Of a stretch of 64,000 bases of DNA, positions 24,729-38,264 are shown one piece after another. Source of the DNA: Eledone cirrhosa (Eukaryota); assembly GCA_964016885.1 (NCBI GenBank), contig OZ024741.1:157046001-157110000 (forward strand), given 5' to 3'. Position 1 is the stretch's first letter; each line of letters starts with the position of its first letter. Both the position numbers and the translations under genes were made by a program. The notes beneath the pieces are model-generated. The model saw only the letters and a program-made list of their open reading frames with translations, made no database searches and was not told where the DNA came from.

Positions 24729-25329
24729 TGTAATGTCTGTCAAAATTCCTGTAGGAATCTGTTGAGTTTAAAGAACTATTGTTCAAAGCAGGATTCTTTT
24801 ATTGAGTATCAATCAGGGATTGTCTTCTTCACAGTGAGTGTGTTTTTGTGTGTTTGTGTGTGTGAGTGCACACATGTGTATGCTTGCTTATCCACTTGAT
24901 ATATTTAATTGTCATTTAAAACTGTCCTTACTTTATGATCTTATTCTTATATTCTCTGATATCTTTGTCTTTTATACTTCAATGTAGTGTAGCTGCAAAA
25001 TTGTGAAACTACTATCTACATCAAAGCGAAAAACACAACAAAAATAAACATTATGCAATAAGCTAAAACTGATATGCGGGTGGATGGAATTCTTTGAAAA
25101 TTTCAAGTTTTGCTTTGTAATTTCTATCTATTTATTAATTTATTTAGTTGTTATGGGTGCAAGTATAGCTGTGTGCTTAAGGAGTTTGATTTCTAAACAC
25201 ATGGTGCTGTGTTCAATCCCACTGCCTGGCACCTTTGGCATCAGTTTTTTTTACTATAGTCTTGTTCACCAAACCTTGTGTTTGGAATTTGGTATATGGA
25301 AACTGTGGAAGTTTGTTATGTAAATGTTT

Positions 25330-25640
25330 ATTATCATCATCATCATCATTTTTACGTCTGCTTTTCCCTGCTTGCAAGGGTGGGACAGGAACTGATTCTG
25401 CCTTGATTTCTACAGCTGGATGCCCTTCCTAACACCAACCTCATTTACAGTGAGCGCTGGGTGCTTTTTTGCCGTGGCACCTCCATGACCACTTTGCAGT
25501 GGAATGATAGGGACCCCAGTCCCTATCATCTCATTTCTACAGCTGAGTAAACTGGAGCAATGTGAAATAAAGTGTCTTGCTCAAGGAAACAACACATCAC
25601 CCGGTCTGAGAATTGAACGGGTGATGTGTTGTTTCCTTAT
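25330..25640 (-). mobile_element. SINE family B, 5' end truncated and folded back
   Basis: Matches the 23058 copy; AACAACACATCACCCG is followed by CGGGTGATGTGTTGTT. Confidence 0.85.
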
Positions 25641-25959
25641 ATATTAAATAAATGTAGTTTGCTTGAAGCATTGTATATATATATAATGTAGAAAGTGATA
25701 TAAGGGACTGCATTGTTAATATACCACATAACATATATATATAAATATAAATTGTAGCTGCAGTAGGGCAGATACCACTCAAATTGTTTGAGGCAGTCAC
25801 AAAGCACTTAATGGCGTAGAAAGCTAATACATGTTTTTTCCAGAGTAAACACAAAGTTATAAAAGTTTGACACCATGAATACATCGACCAGGTGTATGTG
25901 GCCATAGTATCTAGCCACAACAATAATAAATACAAACGGATAGGAAACTAACCTGGATC

Positions 25960-26390
25960 ATCTTGAATCAATAAGAATCAATAAAAATCGATAAAAAAAT
26001 CTTTGATAGGCTGGTAAGCTGATGGTTGTATAAGACACAAGGATATGAAAAGCGCTCACAGGGTAGAATGCCATCATTCCTGATAAGCGATCGTCCACAA
26101 ACCTAGCAAGCCACATATGGTCACTCAAAGATGCAAACGTGAATTACTCCATTCAATGGAAATTTCTGGTCAAATCCAGACCATACAGAAATGGGGATTT
26201 GTCCTGTAAGCTGAGTAGCAATGATGCAGAGATTACATAATAGTACTTGCCAGATTTTTTAAGTCGCTGCCCCCATGCTGTAAAGTTCATGTTATGTAAT
26301 TTCAAAGATCCATAATTAGGTTGAAAATCTGTTAAATGAAATGCATGGCCGCGAGTATGGTTTGCTAATTTGTTGTGGAACTAACTCTCT
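25960..26390 (+). mobile_element. Penelope-like endonuclease C-terminal remnant
   Basis: TNLASHIWSLKDANVNYSIQWKFLVKSRPYRNGDLSCKL resembles PLE C-termini (LSKHIW.LK...I.W.IL....Y......C.LC). Confidence 0.65.
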
Positions 26391-26714
26391 CTATATATAT
26401 AAATATGTGTGTGTGTGTAGCAAATGACTGATAAGCTTTTTAAAAAGCGGTAAAAAATATGAAGGCAAATGATGGTAAATGAAACAAAACAAAACAAAGA
26501 AATGTTTTTTTACCCATTGTATTTTAGCATATTTCAGGGATAATGCCCTTTTTTCAGATGCAAAGCTGAAACAGTCCAAGACAAAACAAACAAATGATTA
26601 GAGTTTTCAGAGTTTTCTTCCCTAACTGGTCCTATTTGTTGGGAAAATGTATGCACATGCACAAGGTTGGTATAGTAACCATTCGACTTCATCCCTTTCT
26701 GACCTATTATTTAT

Positions 26715-27290
26715 CTATCGTTTTAATCGGCTGATGAAAATGGCTTCCATAATTCTTAAATTCCCCATATTCCTTTCAATTGCCTCCATGGTGACTTCAA
26801 TATCTTGGTTGTAGCATCTGTCAAGATGTTTTTTGACAGAAGAGGTTCTCATTGTCATATGTTCCTTGATCAGTAGGTGTAGTCTGCTTATGGTATTTCT
26901 GATGTACAAGGAGCTGCATTTTTGCACTTGATCTTATATACCATATATGCTCTCATGTACACTTCCAAAGAGTTCTCACTGAAAACGGCTACCCTACTTC
27001 TCTCACTAAACACCGAAATACCAAGGCAGCAACACGTAAAAGAACAACGAGGACAAGTGCCGCTAAGGATAACATTTGCTACCTAAAGCTGCCACATTTC
27101 AATGAGAAGACAATAGCTGCCATCAAACAAGCAGTCCATAAGGAGGGACTGAATATACCATTGGCACATTTGGGACTCTCATAGAGGAGACTGCTCCACA
27201 AACACCTACCCACATACAGCAATATATACACTTTTATAATTGTCCCATGAACAATACACAAGGCTTTTAAAAATTCTATTCTCATATATA
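26715..27290. mobile_element. Penelope-like remnant with internal inversion
   Basis: Minus 26715-26940 is GIY-YIG-like (CSSLYIRNT.SRLHLLIKEH...LRIMEAIFI). Plus ~27078-27180 is linker-like (YLKLPHFNEKTIAAIKQAVHKEGLNI). Confidence 0.6.
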
Positions 27291-27638
27291 TATATATAAT
27301 CATTATCATCATCACTGGTCCACACTAGCTTGTGTTGTTGACCAATGAGTAGAAATGGTCATTCTTGTTGGTAAACGATAATGCAATAAATTAAAGCACT
27401 CAATGTTATGCAAATCATCCATCATGGATGTGGTATCTCATGGCTGGTGCAGGAACAGAGTTAAATATTCAATTAAAAACAACAGAAGACCACACTGGAA
27501 ACATTCTTTAAAGTTTTAATTTTGCAAAAATACTATACGTTATTGTAACGGCAAACCATCCCCAAATCAAATCTATCATCTATTCTCTGTTTCTGTTCTC
27601 CATAATCCTGTTATCTTATATAACTAATTTTGCAATCC

Positions 27639-27712
27639 ACACCTGATGAAATTGCCTAAGTCTTGCATCATGATCAGATAATGAAACTAGACCATTGAAA
27701 TATGTATAGTGT
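27639..27712 (+). ncRNA. Type I hammerhead motif within inverted-repeat element 27471-27773
   Basis: ACAC-CTGATGA-AAT...ATT-GAAA-TATGTA-TA-GTGT. Confidence 0.7.
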
Positions 27713-27799
27713 TTTTTTTCAAAATTAAAACTTTAAAGAATGCTTCCAGTCCAGCCTTCTGTTGTTTTTAATTAGTATATATATATACATATATATATA

Positions 27800-28480
27800 T
27801 ATCATCATCGTCGTCGTTTCTATGTCCACCTTTTATGCATGGACAGGTCCTTCTAAGCATGGCATCTCTCCACATGTCACGATCCTTTGTCATCGCTTCT
27901 GTGAGTTTCAATGATTTGAGGTCAAATCTCACCACCTCTGCCCAGGGCTTCCTTCCACTGGCATTTCCTGGCACTTCTTCACTCAACGATTATTGTCCAT
28001 GCACATCATATGTCCAAACGAATGCAGTCTTCTCTCCAGCACACCACCTCAAATCCCTCTTAAACCCAGTTTCTTCTTCAACTCAACCAAGCTCTGCATT
28101 CTTTCTCACACTTACATTTCACATTCAATGGAGTATGGTTGCTTCATTTCTCTCCAGTCTATGCATGTATTCCATAATTACTTCCCATGTTTCACTACCA
28201 TGCAACATTGCACTTCACATGCAGGCATCATACAGTTGTCCTTTTGTACATAGAGAGAAACCTTTTTGGTCAACAGTGGGAGTAGCTCTCTGAACTGTTT
28301 GCATTCCTATCCTTATTCTAGCTATTATGCTCTCAGAGTACCCACCTCCAATGCTAATTATGTTGCCTAGATAGAAGAAGTTATCAACCACTTCTCTAGG
28401 TCCTTCCTGTGACTGGAATAGGCTTACATCACTGGTTATCTTCCCCTCGGTTACCCTTGTGCAGCTTCTACAAACAATTT
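27800..28480 (-). mobile_element. Older RTE LINE 3' fragment
   Basis: GRKPWAEVVRFDL...TKDRDMWR and LYDACM..AMLHGSETW codons; short tail with GAT/GAC repeats. Confidence 0.85.
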
Positions 28481-28719
28481 AGTTACAGGCCATAAACTCA
28501 GACACTGCTGTCAATATAGACTTGAATACAGGCACAAACATGCACACACATCTCTCTCTTTCTCTCTCTCCCTCTCTATCTCTCTCCCTCTCTCTCTTTC
28601 TCCCTCTCTCTATATATATATGTAGAGAGAGAGAGAGAGGATCGATCGACATTCGTCAAATCGGACCGAGGAAACAATGTTTCCGTTAGTCTTTCCAGTT
28701 GCTAGTACTATCTATCTAA

Positions 28720-28852
28720 CTCCAGGTAGAATGAGCAACGTGAAATAAAGTGTCTTGCTCAAGGACATAACGCATCACCCGGTCAAGGAATCGAACTCAC
28801 AACCTCAAGATTGTGAATCCAATTCTCTAGCCACTCAGCCACACGCCTTCAC
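28720..28852 (-). mobile_element. SINE family B-related 5' part
   Basis: tRNA-like head and CCTTGAGCAAGACACTTTATTTCAC body on the minus strand. Confidence 0.75.
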
Positions 28853-29176
28853 TGTTTATGTCTGCCCTTGCACAGAGACTCAAACATACATCTAGTAAGC
28901 ACCTCGTAACCACTATACCCACTTCTATACACCTCCCATGACCACTTCTGTTCACGCCTCCCTTACACTGTAAATTGGTCATGTAGGTGTTACAACAAAA
29001 AGCACCCAGTACTCACTGTAAATGTGGTTGACGTTAGGAAGGGCATCCAGCCATAGAAACCTAGCCAGAAACAGTTCTATATGAGCAAGACACGGTCACT
29101 ATATGAGCAAGACACGGTCTAATAGGACAACCCATCTAACCCATGCTAGCATAGAAAATGGGTTAGATGATGAGGA

Positions 29177-29225
<49 letters not shown>

Positions 29226-29554
29226 ATAATCGGATGGTTAGTACACTTTAATATATTCTTTTTATTAATTTGTATTCACCATTCCTTCCGTAGGTAATAT
29301 GTTCGTCACTCTGGTGGTTTTATGATCCCCTATGATTGAACACATACCTCTGTCCTTCTCTCTATATGTTGATTTATAAAGAGCCCGGAATCTATTCCTT
29401 GAACTCATTAAATTTTAGGGGATTAATGTGAGTTTTTAACACCGTTTTTTTAAATTTGATATATAATATCTATATGAAGAGAGAGAGAGATGAGTGTACA
29501 TTTTTTTGTCTGTATTCATATTATATATATATAAAGAGAGAGAGAGAGAGAGTG

Positions 29555-29674
<120 letters not shown>

Positions 29675-30203
29675 GAAAGAGAGAGATGAGTGTGCATGTT
29701 TGTATCTGAATTCATGTCTATATTTACGGTTGTGTCTGGATTTATGTCCTATAACTTAGCATGTCAACAAAAAAGAGCAATTGATAAAATAAGCACCAGA
29801 TGTGAAAAAAAAGTAGTGGAGTTCATATGATTGATTTAATCTCCTCACAGCAATTCCTTGGAATGGCTGTTGTCTATTGAGTGAAACCTGAAAATGAATG
29901 TGATGCATCAGCATGGCCGTAGTCTGAGTGAAACCAGTAAAAGAATAAATGTATAAAAATGGGTGGTACTAATCAGAGATTTGGGTATATATATTTTATG
30001 ATATTTATTCATTTATCATGTTCATTGAATTTTACATATGATTATTGATGCAAATGTGAAACTTCTTGAACCACCCACTCAACTAGAAGCTTTCTCTATA
30101 ATTTAGTTATTAAAGCAATTTTTAGTTCCTATGATATTATTTTGTAATTATCTCCCACACATGTAATGATATATATCTGGTTGTGTCTATATATATATAT
30201 GGT

Positions 30204-30255
<52 letters not shown>

Positions 30256-30415
30256 CTTTTGTGTGTGTGTATATATATATATATAATATATATATAATTA
30301 TAAGTGTGAAGAGCTAATAGACAAAAAATACCTTATTTTTCTTCATAGTCTCAGCATATATGTGTTTATACTTATGTATCTATATGTATATGCATTTTAT
30401 ATATATAAATATATA

Positions 30416-30454
<39 letters not shown>

Positions 30455-30491
30455 ATATTTTGATGAAAGGTTTTTAGATAGATATAAACAC

Positions 30492-32032
30492 GAATGGCTT
30501 TGAGAACTATACAAGCCATGTATAAAGAAACAGTCAGCAAGGTTAGAATTAACAACGAATATAGTGAAGAATTTAGTGTAAAAGTTGGTGTACATCAGGG
30601 CTCTGTTCTTAGCCCCCTACTATTTATTATTGCCCTTCAGGCTATAACAGTGAAGTTCAAGACCGGTTGCCCATGGGAACTCCTATACGCAGATGATCTA
30701 ACGCTCATAGCTGAATCAATGGCCGAGCTAGAGAAGAAATTCCAAACATGGAAGCACGGCCTAGAATCAAAAGGGCTTAAAATTAACCTGGCTAAGACTA
30801 AAGTTCTAGTTTGTAGGAAAGAAAATAAGGCGACGGTCCCTTCCGGGAAATGGCCATGCTCAGTGTGTAGGAAAGGCGTAGGTAGAAACTCCATTTTATG
30901 TGCCAAATGCAAAGTATGGGTGCATAAAAGATGTAGTGGGATCACAGGTAAGCTAACTAAGAACATAGATTTTACATGTGGCCGGTGCTCTGGTGCAATA
31001 AGTAGCAGCAAGTGCCCACAAAATACTAGCTCTTTCAATTGCGCAGAGGGTTCTATAGAAATAGTGGACAGCTTCCGTTACCTGGGTGACAAAATCAGCA
31101 GTGGGGGAGGGTGCTCTGAAAGTACAGTAGCTAGAGTCAGAACTGGATGGAAAAAGTTCAGAGAGCTTATACCACTATTAGCCACTAAAGGGTTCTCCCT
31201 AAAAATGAAAGGCAGGTTGTATGATGCCTGCATACGAACAGCAATGTTGCATGGCAGTGAGACCTGGGCATTGTGTGCAGAGGATATACGCAGACTAGAG
31301 AGGAACGAAGCTTGCATGCTCCGCTGGATGTGTAATAGTAACATACGTGAACGGCAAAGCATAAACGAACTAAGGAAAAAATTAGAAATAAGAGGGATCA
31401 GATGTTGTTTACTCGAGAGAAGGCTACGCTGGTATGGTCACGTGATGCGCATGAAAGACGACAGCTGTATAACAAAGTGCAGGGCAATAAAGATAGACGG
31501 TAGCTACGGAGTAGGCAGACCCAGAAAAACCTGGGACGAGCTGATAAATTCCGACCTCACACGCTTACACCTCTCCAAGACAATGTCACTGGACCGAGAC
31601 CTTGGCGGTACTCAGTAATAGAGAAGACCCGCCTTACCTAAATACAAAGTAAAACCTACTACAGTCAGTAGGCATCTCTAACAAAATACACCCCCGTCCC
31701 ACCACCCCCACCCCATCCACACCGCCCCTTTGAATGTAAAGTTATGTGTCCCACAACATCCAGGCCGAAACAAATGAGATCGTGTAGGTGTCACGACAAA
31801 AAAACACACAGTCCACGCCGTAAATGTGGCCGTGTAGGCAACACGGTAAAAACCTCCCAGCCCCACACTGTAAATGTGGTTGGTGTTAGGAAGGGCATCC
31901 AGCTGTAGAAAACCCGCCAGACAGTCCTATGCGAGCAAGACAATCACTCTTGCCTCAAGTGGGAAAACCCCCATCCAAACCCATGCAAGCGTGGAGCACG
32001 GACGTTAAACGATGATGATGATGATGATGATG
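30492..32032 (+). mobile_element. 5'-truncated RTE LINE (copy 2), YADD intact, 8-bp TSD
   Basis: ORF 30494-31618 is highly similar to copy 1. ATAAACAC occurs at 30484-30491 and 32033-32040. Confidence 0.95.
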
Positions 32033-32292
32033 ATAAACACCATAAAACAAAAAAAGTTTTGTATCAGAGAATCAGAGGTATTTTCAGGTATTAAAATAGC
32101 ATTAAAGACATATATATCATCATCACCTTATAATTAAGTTCGTGTTTGGACATAATTCATAAAATGTTCTTAGACAAAATTATGATGAAAAATGGTTAGA
32201 TAAATATAAACTCTTAAACCTTTTCGTTACTTCTATTGAGACACAGCCTATGATTAACAGACTTCTATGTTGGTATTTGGAATATAACTTAA

Positions 32293-32510
32293 CCCTTTAG
32301 CATTTAAAATGGCCACATCTGGCCAGAATTATCTCACCTCTTTCTGTTCCAACTGGCTGTAACTGGCCAATCATACTCATGTTTATGTATTGTTTTCAAA
32401 ATAGATATCAAAATCTCATAGATTCGATATTATGTGAGATAATTATGTGAGATAAAGTCTTTACAATGAAAATATAATAGTAAATATAGAGTAATGTAAA
32501 TGTTAAAGGG
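32293..32510 (+). mobile_element. piggyBac-like MITE
   Basis: CCCTTTAGCATTTA TIR, TTAA flanks. Confidence 0.9.
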
Positions 32511-32576
32511 TTAAGAAAGGTTCTTACATAAGTTATGATGGAAGGATTTTAGATAAATATAAACACCTTGAATTAA

Positions 32577-32775
32577 CCCTTTAGCCAGCCATAGCCAGAA
32601 TTCTTTCACCTCTTTCTGTTCAAACCAGCCAAAACTAGCCCCTCATACTGATGTTAAAGTATTGTTCTCAAAATAAATAATATCGAAATCTCATAGATTC
32701 GATATTATGTGAGATAATTATGTGTGATAAAGCCTTTATTGTGGAAATACAATAGTATATATAGAGTAATGTAAC
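32577..32775 (+). mobile_element. piggyBac-like MITE, 3'-truncated
   Basis: Same internal sequence; the right TIR is missing. Confidence 0.8.
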
Positions 32776-32787
32776 AGTTTTATATTA

Positions 32788-32968
32788 TGGAAGACACAGT
32801 AGAGGAAGACCACGAAAAACATGGGCGGAGATGGTGAGTGCAGACCTCAGGTCGCTGAAGCTCACGAAGGAGATGACGAAGGGCCGTGACAAGTGGAGAG
32901 ATGATGTGCTGAATAGAACCCGTCCCACCCTTGCAAGCAGGGAAAAGCGGATGTAAAATGATGATGAC

Positions 32969-32999
<31 letters not shown>

Positions 33000-33000
33000 C
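32788..33000 (+). mobile_element. RTE LINE extreme 3' end whose tail matches SINE family B
   Basis: RGRPRKTWAEMVSADL codons followed directly by CCCGTCCCACCCTTGCAAGCAGGGAAAAGCGG...(GAT)n. Confidence 0.85.
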
Positions 33001-33368
33001 TGACGTCATTTATAACTGTGTAGGATGTTATTCCTACCATTACACAATGTCACAGTCTGATACACATACACCTTTCTATATGCGTATGTATGTGTGTGTG
33101 TGTGTGTGTGTACTTGTGTGTGTGTGTGTGTACTTGTGTGTGTGTGTGTGTGTGTGTGCTACTGGTAACGTGCAACCCAGTACTACCTGCCAGTAGGTCG
33201 GGTCGTCGACGACTAAACCAGCAACCCCACTAAGTTTACTTGATGAGGAAGTTGATTTTGGACACCCTACAGGACAAAAAACAAAACCTGACAAAGGGTG
33301 GAAGAACTCATAAGAGTCAGCAGCCATCCAAAAATATGTGAATATGTATATACACATGTACATGTGTG

Positions 33369-33399
<31 letters not shown>

Positions 33400-33439
33400 A
33401 TGTATATATATGTGTACATATGTGTATACATGCGCGGGA

Positions 33440-33785
33440 ACATAGAAATAATCAGGCTGGATACCTGATTGTGCGGTTAAACCACTGGGAGTGAAGGACC
33501 CCTAGCCTTTGTCAGGGCATTCTTCTCGGAGAAGGCAACTCAGGAAACTGGGATAACTCCAACATAAAACCTGCAGCTCAGTAGTTCCCGATGATGTTGA
33601 TCTTTTCTTCTTTTCGGGTTATAACTACTGTCACCCAGAGAGTGGGATTGGCTCAGTGCACAGTCTTTCCTCATTTTTAAAAAATCTTCATGCACAGGCA
33701 TTGCACGATAGCATTAATTGATAATTATTAATAATGTTATATTGTACAATGGCCATACTCGATAATGAGGAGCCAGCCATCATAT
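33440..33785 (+). mobile_element. Retroposon remnant with BovB-like tail
   Basis: The 3' end GGCCATACTCGATAATGAGGAGCCAGCCATCA resembles 56448-56481 and ~46685-46708. Confidence 0.45.
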
Positions 33786-34591
33786 ATATATGTATGTATG
33801 TAAATATGCATGTATGAATGTGCTTGCACCTGTGTGTGCATACTTTACCCATTCATCTAGCCACCTACCCATTTATTTACTCTATAAATTTACCTCACCC
33901 CATTCCTTTCATTAAAGCAATAATTGCTTCATTTATTCATGCATTTCTATGTAGAACCTTCTAAAATTCCCCAGTATATTTGTGTATACCTGTGTGTATG
34001 CAATATGCATATACATAATACATACATTTTATCACTGGTTACCAACCCATATTTTTAAACCCTTATATTTTACTTGATCTTATTCTCTCTTATTTTATCC
34101 TATTTACTAATTTACTTAACCAGTTGTTCTGGGGAAATGCCTTCAGCCTCTAACCCTATCTATAGATAGTCTTACCTTTCATCCCTCCATCCCCATTATA
34201 TCCCTTCTCTTCCTATACCACTGCTACCCACTAACCACTCCTACTCCCACCCACACTAATTCCTTCCCCTGATGCCATGCCTGTGCAGATACACTTACCA
34301 TTCTTTGGCCCTTACTTTCTCCATCAGCCCAGTTTACTACTACGATAAATTCAACCAAAGCACTACCAAGACTAGTGACCTGTTTTTACACACCCTAAAA
34401 ATATTACTACACCCTTGAAAAGGCTTGCTGAACACACAAGCCAAAACCACTTGGTGACACAGTTGGGATTTTACATATCTCTATTTATATATATATGTTA
34501 GAGCAAATAATATCTATTATTAGTATAGATTAAAGTTTAAGCAAAGAAAGCAGCAATTCTTTGCTTAAACTTTAATCTGTACTTATAATAA

Positions 34592-34638
<47 letters not shown>

Positions 34639-34869
34639 TGAATGTACATGTGAGTATAAGTATGGAACAACTTTTCTTTCAAACATGTTTTATGGAAAAC
34701 ACAACTGTGCTCCAATTTGATCATTTTTATTTAGTTCTTTAGTCTTAACTTGGAACAATAACACTCCTAACTCCACATGTTCATTAACATTTCAAAGCGT
34801 TCTTAACTCCATCTTCAGAATAAGAATGTCATACTATTGGTGTATTTTTTATGTGCTTAGCAATAAACC

Positions 34870-35732
34870 CAATTATATTGACTGTCATGTTTCGACAGGG
34901 TATATCTTGGGTGGGAGAGCAAAAGTTGTCTGACCTGGACTTTGCGGACGATATTGCTGCACTTGCAGAGAGCACAGCTGACCTGCAAATCATTGTGAAT
35001 AATATCAATGTCAAAGCAGGAAGCTTAGGTCTCAATATCAGTGCCAAGAAGACCAAAAGCATGTTATCTGGGACACACCCACCACCAACAAGTGTCTTCA
35101 TTGAACAGGGGGAGGTGGAGATAGTGGACAACTTCACCTACCTAGGAAGCTCCATTAACAATGAGGGCACCATGGACAGTGAACTGCAATGTAGAATGGG
35201 AAAGGCTTCAGCAGCATTTAACCAGCTTGACAAGATCTGGAAGAGCAGGAAGTTCACCCTCAAAACAAAGATGAGATTCTAAAACAGCAACATGCTGTCC
35301 ACACTCTTGTACGGAAGTGAAACATGGCACCTTAAGACCAGCCAAGAGAAGAAGTTGGACGCATTCGATTCCAGATGTCTACGAAAGATCCTGGCGATTA
35401 AATGGAGTGACCATGAAACAAACCAGGAAGTCAGGAACCGCACCAACCAGCAGCTAGTCTCTTCTACCATCTGCAAGCGACGCCTGGGCTGGTTTGGATA
35501 TGCTTTGAGACTTCCCTCAGAGAGACAGGCGAACCAAGTACTTAAATGGAGCCCGCAGGGAAGCAGACGGAGAGGGCGACCCAAAATGAACTGTCACCAG
35601 ACAGTTGAGAGGGACCTGCGAGCGACAAACAGACAATGGCGGGACTCTGTGCAACTGGCTGCTGACCGAACGCAATGGAACACTATGATTGCCTCATGCG
35701 TCGCAAGACGCGGGAGCTTCTGAGTCTGAGTC
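34870..35732 (+). mobile_element. RTE-clade LINE 3' fragment (different family), premature stop at ~35280
   Basis: DLDFADD, FTYLGS, LLYGSETW, WFGYALR and RRRGRPK motifs; ends in TGAGTC repeats. Confidence 0.9.
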
Positions 35733-36636
35733 ATGTTTTGACCATTGAAGATTTATATATCAGGTGTCCATGATTTCCTACTGTTCCAATGATCTTTTAT
35801 GACCAATACTACGCACATGAACAATATTCCACTAGTATAATCATTGTGACCCTAAGAATGGATCCATGAAGGCCTCAAGATCTTAATACACACATGGACT
35901 TAGGAATACTACTGTTCTAAACTAAGCATAAAATACTGATAAGGAAATATGAATAATCTTATCTAAGTGAAACACAATGGGCTTTCAATATAACATCCAG
36001 CTCCTTCCCTCATAAAAAGCCATCCCCCACTCAACCCCCACTTTCACGGGGTCTCCTGTCCAGCACAATATCTGAGTATGATAGCCCAGGCAGAATGGGA
36101 GGTTGTAAATGTCTATTGACTATGTCAATATACTCCCCTCCTTCCTTCCACATCCCTGATACATCTTTCACATCAAACCCATGCCTGCACACATGGAAAG
36201 CCAGATGCACTCTACAGTTGCTCTCTCACGGTGCTGGTGCCATAACAAAAATATCAAGTAAAACCTGTAAGGTGATTGAACTTGTGCTATGACAAAAAAG
36301 CGCTCAATCCACTCTATAAGGTACTGGTGCCACAACAAAAAAGTACCCAGTCCACCCTGTAATGTGCAAGTGAGATGGTGCTATGAGAAAAGCTCCTAGT
36401 ACACTCTGTAGAGTAGAAGACATTAGGAAGAGCATCTAGCCACAGAAAACCAAGCCAAAAACAGATCTGTAAGGAAATATGAATAATCAATATACAAAGA
36501 CCCCATGAGCTAGGTGTGGTCACCTGACCTGACTAGACTCATAACAGGATAACTCGTCTAACTTATGCAAGCATGGAAGATGATTGTTAAATGGTGATGA
36601 TAAGTCAGATAGATAGATAGATGCTGATGATGATGT

Positions 36637-36693
<57 letters not shown>

Positions 36694-37139
36694 GAAATAT
36701 GGCATGAATGTCCCAGCATCACTTTGCTCATAAATGTTTTAATATAACTTGGAACTGTATGGATTAGTTGTCATAAATCAATTTATGTATAGATTGTTTT
36801 AGAGAGAAGGAGGGAAGTGGATAGAGAAAAATATAGACAGAAAAACTTAGAGAGAAATATACAGAGAGAAATATAGACAGAGTGAGTGGTAGAGTCAGAG
36901 AGAGAGAGAGAAAGGAAGATAAAGTTAAAGATAGAAACAGAGAGAGAATGAAAGATAGACAGAGAAAGAGATAAAGAGATATAAAGAGAAACAGAGATAA
37001 GAAAAGAGAGAGAGAGAGTGAGAGAGACATAGAAAGAGAGATGAATAAGAGAGAGGGAGAGCATATGATTGCATGACTTTCTGAGAGAACTCCTCCATTA
37101 ACAAACATCTCAGAGAACATGTAGCGATGTCAGAAAAAA

Positions 37140-37198
<59 letters not shown>

Positions 37199-38159
37199 TT
37201 CGATAGAATATTGATCTGGTTCTTCTGACATACAACCTCCTACACACCTTAGCTTTCCTCGCTGCCTGGTGTTATTCTAGATTATTTGTATTGTGGGAGG
37301 CTATAGTAACAATGATAATCTAGCATCACTCTGTGTGTGTGTATGCGCGTATGATTAATGTAGTTCTCCAGCTAAATTAGCATGCTACATGATGTAAGAA
37401 GGCTGACCCTTTGAATTAAAGGTACAATCCATCTGACAGGCTACCTTACAAATTCTGTCAGCACAATTTCACTCATCAAGCTTGTATCAAACCAAATACA
37501 CTTGCCCAAGATGCTATGTAGTGGTATTAAATCTAGGGCCTCATAATTTTAAAGCAAACTTCTTAATCATTCAACTATACTGGTATTTAATTTATAAGTG
37601 AAATGGAGTGGAGAAAAAAGAGGAGAGAGTGAATGATGGGTTCAAGAAGAATTCAGAAAGGTAGATAAGAAAGCAGAAATTTAAAACCAAAAATAGAATA
37701 AAGAGAAGTGGTAAAAGAATGGAATTATAAGATAAAAGTGATGATGATGGAAGTGTATGATTGTTAGTGGTGTTAAGTTAAATACATAGAAAACATGAGA
37801 AGGAAGAAACAGCGGGACAAAGAGGATAAAGTGACTAAAATTCTGCTAGAATGAATCCATGGTTATTAACTTTGCATTTGATAAGAGACAAAGTTAATCT
37901 TGATTTGGGCTTGGCACAGAGAGCTGGCACAAATATTGGAATGTGTTCTAACTGATGCTCTAATACTACTCACTGCCAATCTGTTACCATCTGAGCTGAT
38001 ATGGTAAAAGGATATTAGTGAAATGAGATGGAAGAATAAGAAAGAGTGTGATAAGTGTGTTAGATGAGAATTCAGAAAGAAAAGAGTGGGAAAAAAGAAA
38101 AAAATTAAAACTTGAATGAAAGAGAAACGGGTATGCAAATAGAAATGTAAAACAACAAC

Positions 38160-38229
<70 letters not shown>

Positions 38230-38264
38230 GAGAGCAGTGAAGAAAAGGGAAAATGAAAGAATTT

